DNA of 64,000 nt from Octopus vulgaris (GCA_951406725.2 OX597818.1:57846001-57910000); one strand, 5' to 3'; positions 39,375 through 52,644 are shown, counted from the first letter of the stretch. The notes: generated by a model not told the origin, from the sequence alone. Made by a program: numbers and translations.

Positions 39375-40566
39375 GTATATGTATATATATATATCGGCTA
39401 GATCAACCTTGTAATGTTTTGCACTTATCGTTTTATAATCGACCCTCTTTCGAGCAATTTGTGCTGTGACATATCATGACTTTTCTTGTTATCTTGTATT
39501 GGAGAGTGTATATATTTTATTCCGTAGTAACATATTGATATCTGAATTATTTGGCAAGTTGTTAAATGTCGGGATATGTAAAGTTATGAATGGTTGTATA
39601 TAGCATTTCTTTCTTGGTATGAAAGAAAATACCTTTCATCGTATTGCATTTAAAGTGAACTGACAGATTTTCGGGAAACCGAGTAACATTCAGTTGATGG
39701 TAAGTTTAGAGTGAATCAACGTCTAAATGTATCATGTATTTATTGTAATCCTTGCGCGTAACAGTCTGTTTTCGAGGTTATGAAACATATGTGAAAATCT
39801 TTTAAATAATATAACATTCACGTTCTTGTAATAACGTTAATGATTCTGAAATATAAGTATTTGGAATCGTTTATTCTGTGAATATGAGACACTCTTGTGT
39901 AAAAATCATATGCTGACTTGCAAAGGAAATCAATTTAAAAAAACGAAGATACGTATGGATTTATGGAAAACACGTCAGAGAATGCAGTAAAAAGAATGAT
40001 AAAAGTTAATTGTGATACGTCAACAAGTAATCTATGAGGATTTGATGAATAATATTCAATTAATTGTTCAATTAGGTGCAAATCCAGGATTTCAGGTATT
40101 CAAGGTAGGATCATTCACAGGGATTTAGTTCTGAAATAAAAAAAAGAGAGAATAGAATAGGATAATAAAGTTTTAAAATGCCAAAAAATGTAAAAAAGGA
40201 ATTTTATATTATCACGATTAAGGATCACATATAAGATTGTATATATGTGTATATACATGCATTTAGATCAGTGCATATTGAAGACTCTCAGGTGTTGCGA
40301 TGTTTCAAATTCAGCTTCTCTGAAGGAGTGTTCGATAAATTGAGACTAAATTATGAATTGCCACAATATTAATATTTATAACTCTAGTCTGTTTATATAA
40401 GACACTGCGACTAAAATAAATACACACAACATACCTCAAAACAGGAGAGTAATATATATTATGAAAAGAACACATTGACAACAAAGAAAAAATACTGAAA
40501 CATAATACTGCACGTGTATGTGCTATACATACATACATACACATACATACATACATACACACATAC

Positions 40567-40629
<63 letters not shown>

Positions 40630-41087
40630 ATATTAGGAATAAATGCAAACTTACTAATTTTATGTATTGGCTTATGTTTTTCACTGTTTGATTTACCTAA
40701 TGGTGGTTTTATCTCTAATTTAATATTATATATATATACATTAACAAAGATGTACAGGTGTCAGTTTATTAAGGTCGTTTCAAGCGGCTCCATTCAATTG
40801 ATTAATGAAAACATTACATCGATTTGAATTTGAAAGACACCATTCTCGTCAGATGAACGCACAGACTTCAAACATAAACGATAAAACATTTTTAGCAAAT
40901 TTACATTAATAATAGAAACCAGAATATTTACATTGGTTCCGTTTGTTATATCTTTACCAGCAGGAGATTAGAAAATAATGCATGCATTGTGAAGCCTACT
41001 ACAATTTAGAGGATTAGTTGGAGGGGGCAAGATGAAAAAAGTGGTGAGGTAGTTACTTATATTTAGAAGACTTCGACTATTAGAACT

Positions 41088-41321
41088 AAAGCGGTGAGCT
41101 GGCAGAAACGTTAGCACGCCGGGCGAAATGCGTAGCCGTATTTCGTCTGTCGTTACGTTGTGAGTTCAAATTCCGCTGAGGTGGACTTTGCCTTTCATAC
41201 TTTCGGGGGTCGATAAATAAAGTACCAGTTACGCACTGAGATCGATGTAATGGACTTAATCTTTTTGTCTGTCCTTGTTTGTCCCCTCTATGTTTAACCT
41301 CTTGTGGGCAATAAAGAAATA
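41088..41321 (+). mobile_element. SINE family A monomer
   Basis: Full head through 'aaagaaata' tail. Confidence 0.9.
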
Positions 41322-41672
41322 TATATTCATTGGAATTCATCAACTGTACTCTAGTTAATGATGATAAATCAATTAAAGTTAGAAAATCTAATAGACTCTC
41401 ACTGTTCTGGAACCATATATGTAGCTTTATCTATCTACATAGAAGGGTAGGTTGCAAGGTTGGTAGTAAGAAAATGTCTGATGCGGAAAATGATGGTTAC
41501 TGGGAGGAAGAAGGATAGGTGTGGTCTGTACTTATTTAGATTATCAAATAAAGGGGAATATACTTCTTAGATATGTTTTTATTATAAAGACAATATAAAA
41601 TAAAAATATATGTATCAGATATTAATTACAAAAATTAAAAATAATAATACTCATGGAAATGAGTTTATAGAC

Positions 41673-41886
41673 AATTGCAGCGTGGAAGGTGTTTATAAGC
41701 CATTTAAGAAACACACAAAAACCGTTAGATTCACTTCAAAATTTAAATTTAATTTGTCAAAATATTTCCGTCGTATTGAGACCGCGATCTGTTCACTGGC
41801 TTATAAACACCTTCCACACTGCAATTGTTTTCGTTCCAGCACACGATATCAGTTCAGGTCACTTGCTATGCAAGTACATCTCCGTC
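41673..41886. mobile_element. PLE-type insertion with inverted segments and 14-bp target-site duplication
   Basis: ATGAGTTTATAGAC occurs at 41659-41672 and 41887-41900. A ~32-bp internal inverted repeat lies at 41671-41702 / 41797-41828. Homologous to 657-825. Confidence 0.75.
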
Positions 41887-42219
41887 ATGAGTTTATAGAC
41901 TGTCTCTTAAATACATTATACACATTGATCTCGGTGGAATAATAACAGATCCTAGGTGTTATATCCTATATTTAGGGGAGGTGCAAGTTTTAGCAATCAT
42001 TGTTAATTTATATGTTATACACACTATGAGGAAGGAGAATTTCAGTTTTGAAGGGGTAAGTGTATAATATAATTATTGAAATATTACAGATCAAAGGGGT
42101 TAAGGGGAAGTAGAAAACAATACTACATAGATTTCGAGATAATAGAGGGTATGCTATGAATGATATGACACCCCGGATAACTCGTGCTACGAAATCATAG
42201 TATGATATATTTATTATTA

Positions 42220-42505
42220 ACTGCTTCTAAAGTATCTAAAGTTACGAGTAATCCTATGAACACAGTATATTTTAAGATTTAATAATGAATTAGGTTTTGT
42301 TTATCTCTATATTTGAATATTTCATATATCCCCATGCAACATAGTTTTCATCAATATCGGCTATTTGTGTATGGCTGAGCTCCACGTATTATATCCCATT
42401 TTAGTCTGAATTTACTATTAGTATCATTGAGTTCTCAGATTTTCAAAGACACCGAGGTACTGTTGGTTTTATGCCTAATTCTAAAGGATGAAAAATGGTT
42501 ATTTG
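42220..42505 (-). mobile_element. Decayed PLE GIY-YIG C-terminal fragment (Naiad-like, tentative)
   Basis: NNHFSSFRIRHKTNSTSVSLKI*EL...LKWDIIRGAQPYTNSRY**KLCC...EIF.../YCVHR resembles the H..SFR...T.LS..IW.L...W.I...A.PY....CxLC...CxH pattern. Confidence 0.6.
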
Positions 42506-42764
42506 GACTCAGAACGTAGCGGCAAACGAAATACCTATTTCTTTACTACCCACAAGGGGCTGAACACAGAGAGGACAAACAAGGACAGACAAACGGATTA
42601 AGTCGATTACATCGACCCCAGTGAGTAACTGGTACTTATTTAATCGATCCCGAAAGGATGAGAGGCAAAGCCGACCTTGGCGGAGTTTGAACTCAGACCG
42701 TAGCGGCAGACGAAATACCACTAAGCATTTCGCCTGGCGTGCTAACGAATCTGCCAGCTCACCA
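42506..42764 (-). mobile_element. SINE family A monomer plus start of a second body
   Basis: Family A consensus; junction 'gaaatacctatttc' at about 42528-42541. Confidence 0.9.
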
Positions 42765-43000
42765 ACTAATGGTATATATATTGATAACATATCTAAGAAC
42801 TCTTTTCAGTATACCAATATAATTTATATCATAATTTTATGATTTATAAAATAATCCTTATAATATTTATATTTTGATTCATCTTTATTTTTGTCTGTGT
42901 TATACCTTTCACATGAATCTGCAAAGAAATATTTTATTACAGTTTTATAATTTTTTAAATATATTTTGTAATTCATATTATTAAATTTATATTTTGCAAT

Positions 43001-43051
<51 letters not shown>

Positions 43052-43140
43052 CATTTATAACTTATAATATAGTTTTTAATCTCCTTCTAAAACTTACTGT
43101 ATAATACAGTATTAAATCTTTTATTTTCATAATTACACAT

Positions 43141-43520
43141 GTGGCTGTGTGGTAAGTAGCTTGCTTACCAACCACATGGTTCCAGGTTCATTCCCACTGC
43201 GTAGCATCTTGCGCAAGTGTCTTCTACTATAGACTCGGGACGACGAAAGCCTGGTGAGTGGATTTGGTAGACAGAGCTGAAAGTAGTCCGTAATATATGT
43301 ATATGTTTATATGTATGTGTATGTATGTGCATATATATATATATATGTTCGTGTTTTTCCCCCAACATCACTTGACAAGCGATGGTGGTGTGTTTACGTC
43401 CCGGTAAACCTTAGTATTATGCTTACAAAGAATTAGTCCTGGGGTCAATTTGCTCGACTAAAGGCAGTGCTACAGCATGGCCACAGTCAAATGACTGAAA
43501 CAAATAAAAGAGTAAAAGCG
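43141..43520 (+). mobile_element. SINE family B
   Basis: 'gtggctgtgtggtaagtagcttgcttaccaaccacatggttcc' through 'aaatgactgaaacaa.taaaagagtaaaag'. Confidence 0.88.
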
Positions 43521-44609
43521 TTACACATTATACATTATGGATCTGGATCCGTCGCCAGAAAATGTTTCACTCCAGTGACGGCAATTTTATCAGAATCTGC
43601 CGTGCATCGTTAACCAGCTACAGAAGATGTCCTCTTGGGGTTAAAACATCGCAGTAGATCCTCTTAGAGAGATTTTAAAACTAGCAGTTTAGCTTGTCAT
43701 AATACATGTGTCCGGGACAATATCCATTTTATGAAACATATAATGTTTGAATTTTGTAAAGAATTTGCTTCAATTAAATTTCCGTCTTCAAGATGATCCA
43801 TAAAAACCGTGTGTATAGCTGTTCTTCATACATAATTTCATTACGAAAATATTTGTATATCTCTATGACATGTTTTGAAATACATTTAATATAAGGTAGA
43901 AATGGAGAATATTGAAATTAATTTTAAAAGCGTTTCACAGGAAGCTCGGCAAATAGTTCTAATTTAATTACTTTGCGGCTTATCATTTCGATTAGAGTGA
44001 AATTTGCCAAATCTAAGATTTCAAATACATTGATAATATAAGGTATCACAAACTGCCAATTTTACTGAAAAAGGAAATACGAAAATATAAAGGTTAGCGG
44101 TTTATACGAGTTTTGAAGAGATTGCAGCAATAATTGTGTAGTCTAATGCTAGCGTCAGTGGTAGTAGTAGTGGTGGTGATGGTGGTGCAGATGACGATAA
44201 ATATCCGTCAAATGTAAATAAGGTAAATAATGTAAGTAATGCACATAATTCCTGATCACTTAAATCTAGAACTGATTAAGATTTGTTCGATATTTGGGTC
44301 ACTTGTTCATTGAATATGTATTTTAATATAACCGCAAAATGTTCAGCCTAGATAGATATGAAAATGAATGTATTTTAAACCACAAAACCTGGGAAAATCG
44401 CGTGTTTTACGAATGGCAAACACTGTAAAGGGAGAAGAATTTGGAGATATGGAAGAGGAAGTAATGATAAGTTCTATCTGGTGACTATGAAATATATAGA
44501 AACGTCGAGGCATCTATACAGAAATGTACACAGGCGCACACACGTACATATATGCGTGTATACTATGTTTGATTATACGTGATATACATATTCCATATAG
44601 GTGTGTATA

Positions 44610-44686
<77 letters not shown>

Positions 44687-44699
44687 CGTGTGTGTGTGC

Positions 44700-44929
44700 G
44701 GAGGTACAATGGCCCAGTGGTCAGGGTTGTGGACTTACGGTCGTAGGATCACGGTTTCGATTCCGAGACTGAGTGTTTATTGAGTGAAAACACCTAAAGG
44801 TCCACGAGGCTCTGGCAGGGGGTACTCTTTCACCAGTACTTTCTCACACCCTTCCTGTTTCTGTTGTGCATGTATTTCAAAGAGCCAGCCTTGTCACACT
44901 CCGTGTCATGCTGAATCTCCACCGAGAAG
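44700..44929 (+). mobile_element. tRNA-derived SINE family C, 3'-truncated at (TA)n
   Basis: A-box 'tggcccagtgg' and B-box 'ggtttcgattcc'. The body matches the reverse complement of 49532-49919. Confidence 0.8.
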
Positions 44930-44960
44930 ATATATATATATATATATATATATATGTATT

Positions 44961-45183
44961 ACTGAAAAAGATTTATCAGTCGCCATGATAGATCGGTAGC
45001 CACTACATACATTTTTTTTCTCCTTGTTTCTCTCCTTGTTTTTTGTTCTGCGTCCCTTATCTGTAGAAGAGCGTAGGCTCGAAACGTAAAAGACTTTCTT
45101 TATTCCTGTGCTTTATACTAATACATCTGTTTGTTTTGTACACCACCTGTCTATGTCTTTTGTTTTTTTTTCGTGAACTCTCC

Positions 45184-45188
<5 letters not shown>
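44961..45188 (+). mobile_element. PLE pLTR-like fragment with minimal hammerhead motif between (TA)n tracts
   Basis: Homologous to 390-610. CTGTAGA-a-gagc(gtag)gctc-GAAA-cgt-a-aaagac at 45061-45094. Confidence 0.6.
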
Positions 45189-45246
<58 letters not shown>

Positions 45247-46332
45247 ATTGCATGTATGCAATATATACATGCATAACCACGTACAACATAGCATACACGC
45301 ACACAATAGCTTCGTATACACCCGCGTAAGGTCTTTCACAAACAATCGACGGATTGTTTAGCCAACACATTAAACAAACGACCGATTGGTTAGTCATATA
45401 TTTAACAGCTTGACTAACACTAAAGAAGTAAATGGAAACAGCGCATGTGTTTATCATTAGTGGCATAATGACCCTCCAAGACAAAAATGCATTAAGAAGA
45501 AAGTGTTCCTAAAATAACAAAAGTAAATACGTATTTTACAGCGCAGAAGCGAATATTTCTGAAGGAAAATTACAGCATTTGATTAAGCAATAGGGTAATT
45601 TCGGTAAGGATGAATTATTTTAGATAGGATCATGTTCATTTTCCTATATTTCATCGAATGCATAAAATTAATATTTAGAGGGAAAACATTAAATTTGATT
45701 GTGTGAAAGGATTGCAAAATAAAAATAATTTCAGAACAAAAATTTAAATCCCTGCTAATATTAAGAGATATGCAAAAATAACTCATTGTTTTTGCTTGAT
45801 TTCTAAAAGTCATCCAGGAATTTTCGAAACGATCATAAATCACATTTGCTGTGTCATCATCATAATAAATACATTAATATAAAGACACAGAAGTATAATT
45901 TAATATAACGGTGAAAAATGAGGTGACATATATTGCATTATCTTAGCATCGTACGAGATGGAAAGGTCGTCACATAAATTGCTGAATGAAGTATATGTTT
46001 AAAATGTCCTACGGGGAGTTTTTCTTGGAATCTTGAATAATCTTTTACAAGGAAATAAATTAATTTTCTCTTTAAATGGTGGAAGAAATTAATGCTTTAA
46101 ACATCTGATGTATCGTTATTGCAAACGTGATCTGTCGTGATATAACGATCACTTAAGTATATTAATGTTTCTCCATGTCACCTTTAATTACATCAGAGTG
46201 ATGCTTACATAAATGTCATGCCTTTAAGACATTTAAATATCTAGGATACGTTTTCAAATATAAAGTGATATTTGTGAATGGAAATAATAATTATATACAC
46301 GTTCACGGCAAACGCACCCATGTGCACACATA

Positions 46333-46920
46333 CGCGATTTGATCAATAAGTATCCGGACTGTTGCCGTAGCAACGAATCTAAAGCACGCTGAGTGACGTC
46401 CATTGGCAAAGATTGACCTTACACTCTGCAGAACGTGTGCACTAAGTTTTAACATTCCAGCTCACTTCCGCTGTTTATAGCAGTGCTTGGAAGGAAGGTG
46501 TGTAAGGTGTTGTCGTCGTATTGACCATCACAGCGAACGTTGTCATAGCGATACTTTCTCAGAAGCTTGCGCAATGTTGCAAAAAGTGTATGGAGAGGTG
46601 TGTATAAGCCGCACACATGTGTACGAGGGGTTCACACATTTCCATCTTGGGTGGGAAAATGTCGATATCTTCGAACGTTCTGGAAAACATGGAACCAAAA
46701 GAAGTGAGAAAAAACATTGCAGATGCACATGCAGCTGTGTGGGAAAATCGTTGAACCACCATCAGAGGATGTGAAGATTAGTTTCGGTTTAGTGCAGTCC
46801 ATTATCACTCAAGATTTGAGAATAAGACGAGACTGCTAAGTTTGTGCCAAAACTGCTTTCAGCTGACCAAAGCGTCATCCGGGTTTCATTTAGTTGCAAA
46901 AGATCTTCTTGACTATGTCG
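46333..46920 (+). mobile_element. Mariner transposon 5' relic
   Basis: TA then a TIR-like 'cgcgatttgatcaataagtatccggac'. DTFSEACAMLQKVYGEVCISRTHVYE.F..F..G...V...ERSG and KFVPKLLSADQ match the mariner HTH and WVP-like linker. Confidence 0.75.
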
Positions 46921-47154
46921 GGAATGTGGGAAACGTTTTGATAATTTGCGTAGGCCTCTGAGCAAGTATTGCCAAGACTTTTGCAACCTTTGATGCAGAT
47001 TCTCTGCTCAGATCACGTATATGGCTAAGAAAGCCTAAAGCCTAAACATTTATATTGCAAAATGAGAGCATACATATATGAAGAACATATTTCATCTACA
47101 CACTCACTCCCTCTCTTTCTCTCTCACACACACATACATATATTCGACCCATGC

Positions 47155-47373
47155 AAGGCGGCGAGCTGGCAGACTCGTTAGCACGCCGGGCGAAATGCGT
47201 AGCCGTATTTCGTCTGCCGCTACGTTCTGAGTTCAAATTCCGCCGAGGTCGACTTTGCCTTTCATCCTTTCGGGGTCGATAAATTAAGTACCAGTTACGC
47301 CCTGGGGTCGATGTAATCGACATAATCCGTTTGTCCCTTCTGTGTTCAGCCCCTTGTGGACAGTAGTGAAATA
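47155..47373 (+). mobile_element. SINE family A monomer
   Basis: Near-consensus head and core. Confidence 0.9.
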
Positions 47374-47866
47374 CATATATTAGACCCACACTCACAAACA
47401 CACACAAATTTATCATGTGAAAACATAAAGAAAACCGAGCAGTTAATGTTATCACCTTTGTCTGAAAAGCTGAATATGGAACCACACGATATGTTGTGAT
47501 GTTAGAGAATCTTATTCATTTAATGACATACCGTGAACATGTATAATAACTAAAGCGCCGATGATGAACGAATAAATGCAGTATCACCAGACACCTTGTT
47601 CGACATAACGAACCCCCCCCACACACTCATACACATACACATATAAATATACATACATACATAATTATATATATATGTATGTGTATGTGTATATGTGTGT
47701 GTATGTAAATATATGTATGAACACACACACACACATGCATATATATGTATATATATGAGTATATGTATGTGTGTCTGAATGTATGTGTGTAAATATACAT
47801 ACATATTTATGTTTCTCGCTCTCTGTCTCTCTTTCTGTCTGTCTGTCTGTCTCTCTCTCTGTCTCG

Positions 47867-47917
<51 letters not shown>

Positions 47918-47980
47918 TATATATACATAAAAATATATGTGTGCATGTATATATGCGTATATATATATATATATACATAT

Positions 47981-48033
<53 letters not shown>

Positions 48034-48777
48034 AGAGAGAAGGAAAGAAAGAGAGAGTGTGAGAAAGTGAGGGAACCACCTCCACACAACATATAGAAAA
48101 CCTAAATAGATGCAAATCCCGATAAACATGTATTTAGTATTAAATTTGAACATATATGCAAAAAGAAGAAAAAAAAGAGAAAAAAAGACAAAAACACACC
48201 ATACATTTCCTCTTTCATAATCGCATCGATAAGTACTATCTCTTTCTCTTTCTCGTTTTAGAAAACAGAAAACAGAAAAAAAAAAAACAAAACCCGAAAA
48301 AACAACCGATTCTTTCTGACTTCCGCTCTCTCTATTCTTCAGTAATTTTCAAAATCAAGACGATATTGTTATTACAAACATAATATCGAAGCAAAGAACG
48401 TGATATCATGTAAACATTTCGCTGTTTAATAACTTTCCATCTTTAATCTTACTGTGTAAATATTATTTGATCATTATGTTGTTGATCTTTCAAAATTCAA
48501 TGTTTTGTGTTTTTTTAAAAATATTTTGTGGTTTTAGTTTCGAAATTTCAGATAAAGATTAAGAAAGTAAGTGCAGAATGGAAAATGTCATGGAATGTAA
48601 GTGAAGAATGCTATTATGTGTATTTATTTCTATGCACATATAATTCTGCATGTATATATATATAGGTGTACATACATATATATTATATATATGTGTGCGT
48701 ATATAAGTATATATGTGTGTATATATGTGTGTGTATAAGTGTGTTCATGTATATGTCTATTTCTATGCATGTTTATG

Positions 48778-48822
<45 letters not shown>

Positions 48823-48913
48823 TTATGTGTGTTTGTGTGTGTATGTGCGTTTGTGTGTTTGTGTGCGTGTGTGTGCGTATGTTTAGGCACATAAATCCGT
48901 ATGTATGTATATT

Positions 48914-48966
<53 letters not shown>

Positions 48967-49126
48967 CATACATACATATACACACATACGCACACACGTG
49001 AAGTTTCGAATAAGTGTGCTTATAAATACACATATACACACGCACACAAACACACAAACACACACATACAAACACATATACACACACGCACAGACGCACA
49101 CACACACACCTATACACACACACATT

Positions 49127-49187
<61 letters not shown>

Positions 49188-49531
49188 GAAAGTTTTCGCA
49201 AATGTCAGTGTGAGAGAGGAAAAGTTTGCGAATCGAATCTATCATTTCCCAACGATATATATTCTGCGGGGGTCAAGAATTTAATATCACTTGGCAATTA
49301 TCTTTTCGAAACAGGAAGATCTAAAAAAAATGATAAGAAACTTCCCGACAATTTAGATATTTTCTCTGTGTTTAAGATTGAGACTGCTGATCTTAATCAT
49401 TTTCTCTACGTTGAACTATATTCTGCAAACCTTAGGAATAATTTCAACATCTGATTTACCTTTGTAAATGCAATATTTAAATGGAATCTACAGGCTATTG
49501 TTCAGATGAAGTAGGTGAGTTGCACTATTAT

Positions 49532-49919
49532 TTGGAAGCACTCCGTCGGTTACGACGACGAGGGCTCCGGTTGATCCGAATAAACGGAACAGCCTGCTCG
49601 TGAAATTAACGTGTGAGTGGCTGAGCACTCCACAGACACGTATACCCTTAACGTAGTTCTCGGGGATATTCAGCGTGACACAGATAGTGACAAGGCCGGG
49701 CCTTTGAAATACAGGTACAACAGAAACAGGAAGTAAGAGAGTGAGAGAAAGTTGTGGTGAAATAGTACAGCAGGGATCACCACCATCCTTGCCGGAGCCT
49801 CGTGGAGCTTTTAGGTGTTTTCGCTCGATAAACACTCACAACGCCCGGTCTGGGAATCGAAACTGCGATCCTACGACCGCGAGTCCGCTGCCCTAACCAC
49901 TGGGCCATTGCGCCTCCAC
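49532..49919 (-). mobile_element. SINE family C, full length, with ~11-bp TSD
   Basis: Minus-strand head 'tggaggcgcaatggcccagtggttagggc...gtttcgattccc'. Flanks are tgcactattat (49521-49531) and tgtactattat (49920-49930). Confidence 0.88.
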
Positions 49920-50159
49920 TGTACTATTATACATCGCCAAAGAAATCACTTACAGAGTCAGCTATGCTCTATTCTCTTTCTGTTGGAACATTTCCTGTAA
50001 TGTATTTTATATTTTGGGCGGTATTAACTATTTAGGGCAGACACAACAGCTTTGAATGCCGAAATATCCACTAAGATTTGTCAAGATTTATGAGTATTGC
50101 TGATCAATGGACGTATATTCACTTACATGTAACTGAAGATGTAATCGTGAGTATATGTA

Positions 50160-51180
50160 TAAGTGTCTATACATTATTCAGAGAAGAATACAGTGTACAT
50201 TCAAACACATAAGAGATACCCAAAGAATAGGATATCTGATTCACTAGAAAGAGCAGTTAAACTCCAAGCCACTAATTGTTGTAATTCCGAAACTGATTGG
50301 AAATAAAAACTTTTACCTTATTATCCTAGACCCTGCAAGGTTTCTGCAGACTTTAACTACAGATTGACATAAAATAAGTTCAATCTATATCTGGTGCTGC
50401 TTCTTCAGCAGGTTGCCAGTATCGAACACAATTTATTTACTGCCGGTTGAGTTCCGCATTTGCGCGGTGAATTCGAAAAATTAGAGCCTATAGACACGTG
50501 GCTGATGTTTTTTTATTCCGCATCTATGGTACATGTTTCTGGGGCACGGCAAGCCAACGGTAGTTCTGTGTATTCACCTCTCAGGACGGACTCGAAATCC
50601 TCTCACTGACAGCTCTCAGTGATTTTCAACACAATAAGGCGTGTGACGGAAGGCTGTGTTAATGTACGACCGCTTTTCGTCAAGTTTCTTGTAGGCCTGT
50701 ATGGAACAGTGTCCAAATCGAGCGTAATATATAAAAAAGATAACTGTAGGAAGGTTGGTCTCAATTTGTAGCCTTAACATCAAGGGAGCCATGCATGAGA
50801 ATCAGGACCTTCCTAAGCCTGTCCAAAACGTGTCCCTTTGCGCCTCTGTGAATGGTTAAAGTATTATCTTTGTATATAGAAATATTTGACTGCCGAGACA
50901 TAGTTTATATAATCCTATGTAGTTGCAGTTAACAGCACTGTCATATGCTCCCATCGGCACGCCGAAACAGCCTATTGAGGCCGTCTGTTTGACTAAGGTC
51001 GAACCTTTCTGGAATTACAGGGTTTTCCTGGTGTGCATTATTATTTTTATATCACTATCATTGACACTAGTAATCAGACACTACCATCAGTAATAAGGTT
51101 ATGCACCGCTATCGAGATGGTTTGATAAATCAGAGTGCATGGCAAAACCTCCTCTAGGACCAGACTTCATACGACAAATC
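50160..51180 (-). mobile_element. Decayed PLE (Naiad-like, tentative): RT fragment followed by hammerhead-bearing terminal repeat
   Basis: Minus strand gives DIKIIMHTRKTL*F...CFGVPMGAYDSAVNCNYIGLY; SIYKDNTL (YxDD motif); LDRLRKVLI; ETNL...ITLDLDT...YIN...H.P. A hammerhead follows at 50325-50412. Confidence 0.75.
50325..50412 (-). ncRNA. Type I hammerhead ribozyme with extended stem II (slightly degenerate)
   Basis: CCTG [I] CTGAAGA a GCAG..tatagattga(loop)tcaatctgta..CTGC a GAA ACCT(TGCA)GGGT C^ TAGG [I']. There is an A-A mismatch at the base of stem II. Confidence 0.75.
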
Positions 51181-51599
51181 CCCTTAGATATAGTGCAAAA
51201 GAGGACCAAACCGCCTCAGTTATATTTTTGAAGGAACTGTACTAAAAAACAGCATACCCCTTTTCCGTTTCTTCCTTCTTACTTGTTTTAGTAATTAGAC
51301 TGCAGACATGCTGGGGCACTGCGTTGAAGAACTTTTAATCGAATGTATTGACCCCATAATTATATATTTATCTATATAAGACTTCGATTATCTGTAGGAG
51401 AATACTATCTACATAGGTAGTTTACTTTACTCGATCCTCTAAGCTGCTTCCGCTGCTATTCCAATGCGTTTGGTATTTTCTGTATTTCTAAAACACCATC
51501 TGACTCGGCACTCCAATGTTTCGTCATAAAAATATTGTCATGTATATATGTATGTTTGCATGTATATATGTATGCATGCGTGTATGTATGTATGAATGC

Positions 51600-51815
51600 G
51601 TGTATTTCAAAATGTAACCACATTTGAATCATTGAAGATTTTTTTCCTCAGTCTTCTTTTTCCGTTGGAATTTGCTCTGTTTCTGAAAAAGAGCTTTGTC
51701 CGAAACGTAAAACCCCCTTTCTTTCCTTCACTGAGCGTCTGCTAATACTCTACCTGTACCACGTCCTCGCGTTGATGTTTTATTTGTGTTTGTTCTTCGT
51801 TTTTTGGGGGGTGGA
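51600..51815 (+). mobile_element. pLTR-like repeat with degenerate minimal hammerhead (family shared with 55022-55245)
   Basis: gttt-CTGAAAA-a-gagc(ttt)gtcc-GAAA-cgt-a-aaac at 51679-51713. Shares 'ctgagcgtctgctaata...gtcctcgcgtt' with the other copy. Confidence 0.55.
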
Positions 51816-52309
51816 TTTACTGTTTTGTTCTCACTGCCCTGTTCATATTACCACTTTCAAACTCCGCAAAAAATCCCAAATTTTATTTAATTTGTTTTGC
51901 GGGAAGGACTGTATCAATGAAGTCGCGTATTGTCCTTGCCTTTGGAACGCGGACTAGATGAAACAGGAACAACTGAGGGAGGAGAATATTCTTTATGTTT
52001 CATGTCACTTTTCTCTGTTTGTTTTTTCGATATTCGAAAAAAAGGGCGTTTTCTATGTTTTTGCTTTTATGTTTTCGTTTCTCTTTGTGTTCCACGTTTT
52101 CTTGATGCCCTGTGTCCATATATGCATGCATATATATATGAATATATATGTAGGTATGTACATATATGTATGTATATATGTATATATTTATATATTATTT
52201 ATATTATTATATGATCGAACGCCACGCATCCTTTTCAGTGTATATAAGTTTTTAGCGCCCATACAAAAAACGTATATACATACCTGCTCACATATGTATG
52301 TATATATAT

Positions 52310-52591
52310 ATCACCCTGATCACCGTGACCGATCAGACTATCCGATGTTGTTATACATCGCTGGTCACAATGTGCTTCGCATTGTTTTAGCCTTCAAATG
52401 ACGCCACACCGCTGGCTAAACGAGCAGGCCAACAGAAGAAAGAATGAGAGAAAGTTGTGGCGAAAGAGTACACCACCCCCTGCCGGAGCCTCGTGGAGCT
52501 TTAGGTGTTTTTGCTCAATAAACACTCACAATGATCAGTCTGGGAATCGAAACCGCGAGCCCGCTGCCCTAACTACTGGGCCATTGGGCCT

Positions 52592-52594
<3 letters not shown>
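52310..52594 (-). mobile_element. SINE family C head and body with an alternative (RTE-like) tail
   Basis: 52445-52594 matches 49740-49918. 52334-52377 matches the LINE end at 58230-58273. Confidence 0.8.
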
Positions 52595-52629
<35 letters not shown>

Positions 52630-52644
52630 CCTCCAGAGGGACAA

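Noticed and set aside
40770-40856. Minus-strand CTGACGA-gaatgg...ccgctt-GAAACGACC downstream of the Naiad-like fragment
   Set aside because: The position is plausible for a pLTR hammerhead, but there is no NUH or stem I, so it is not called.
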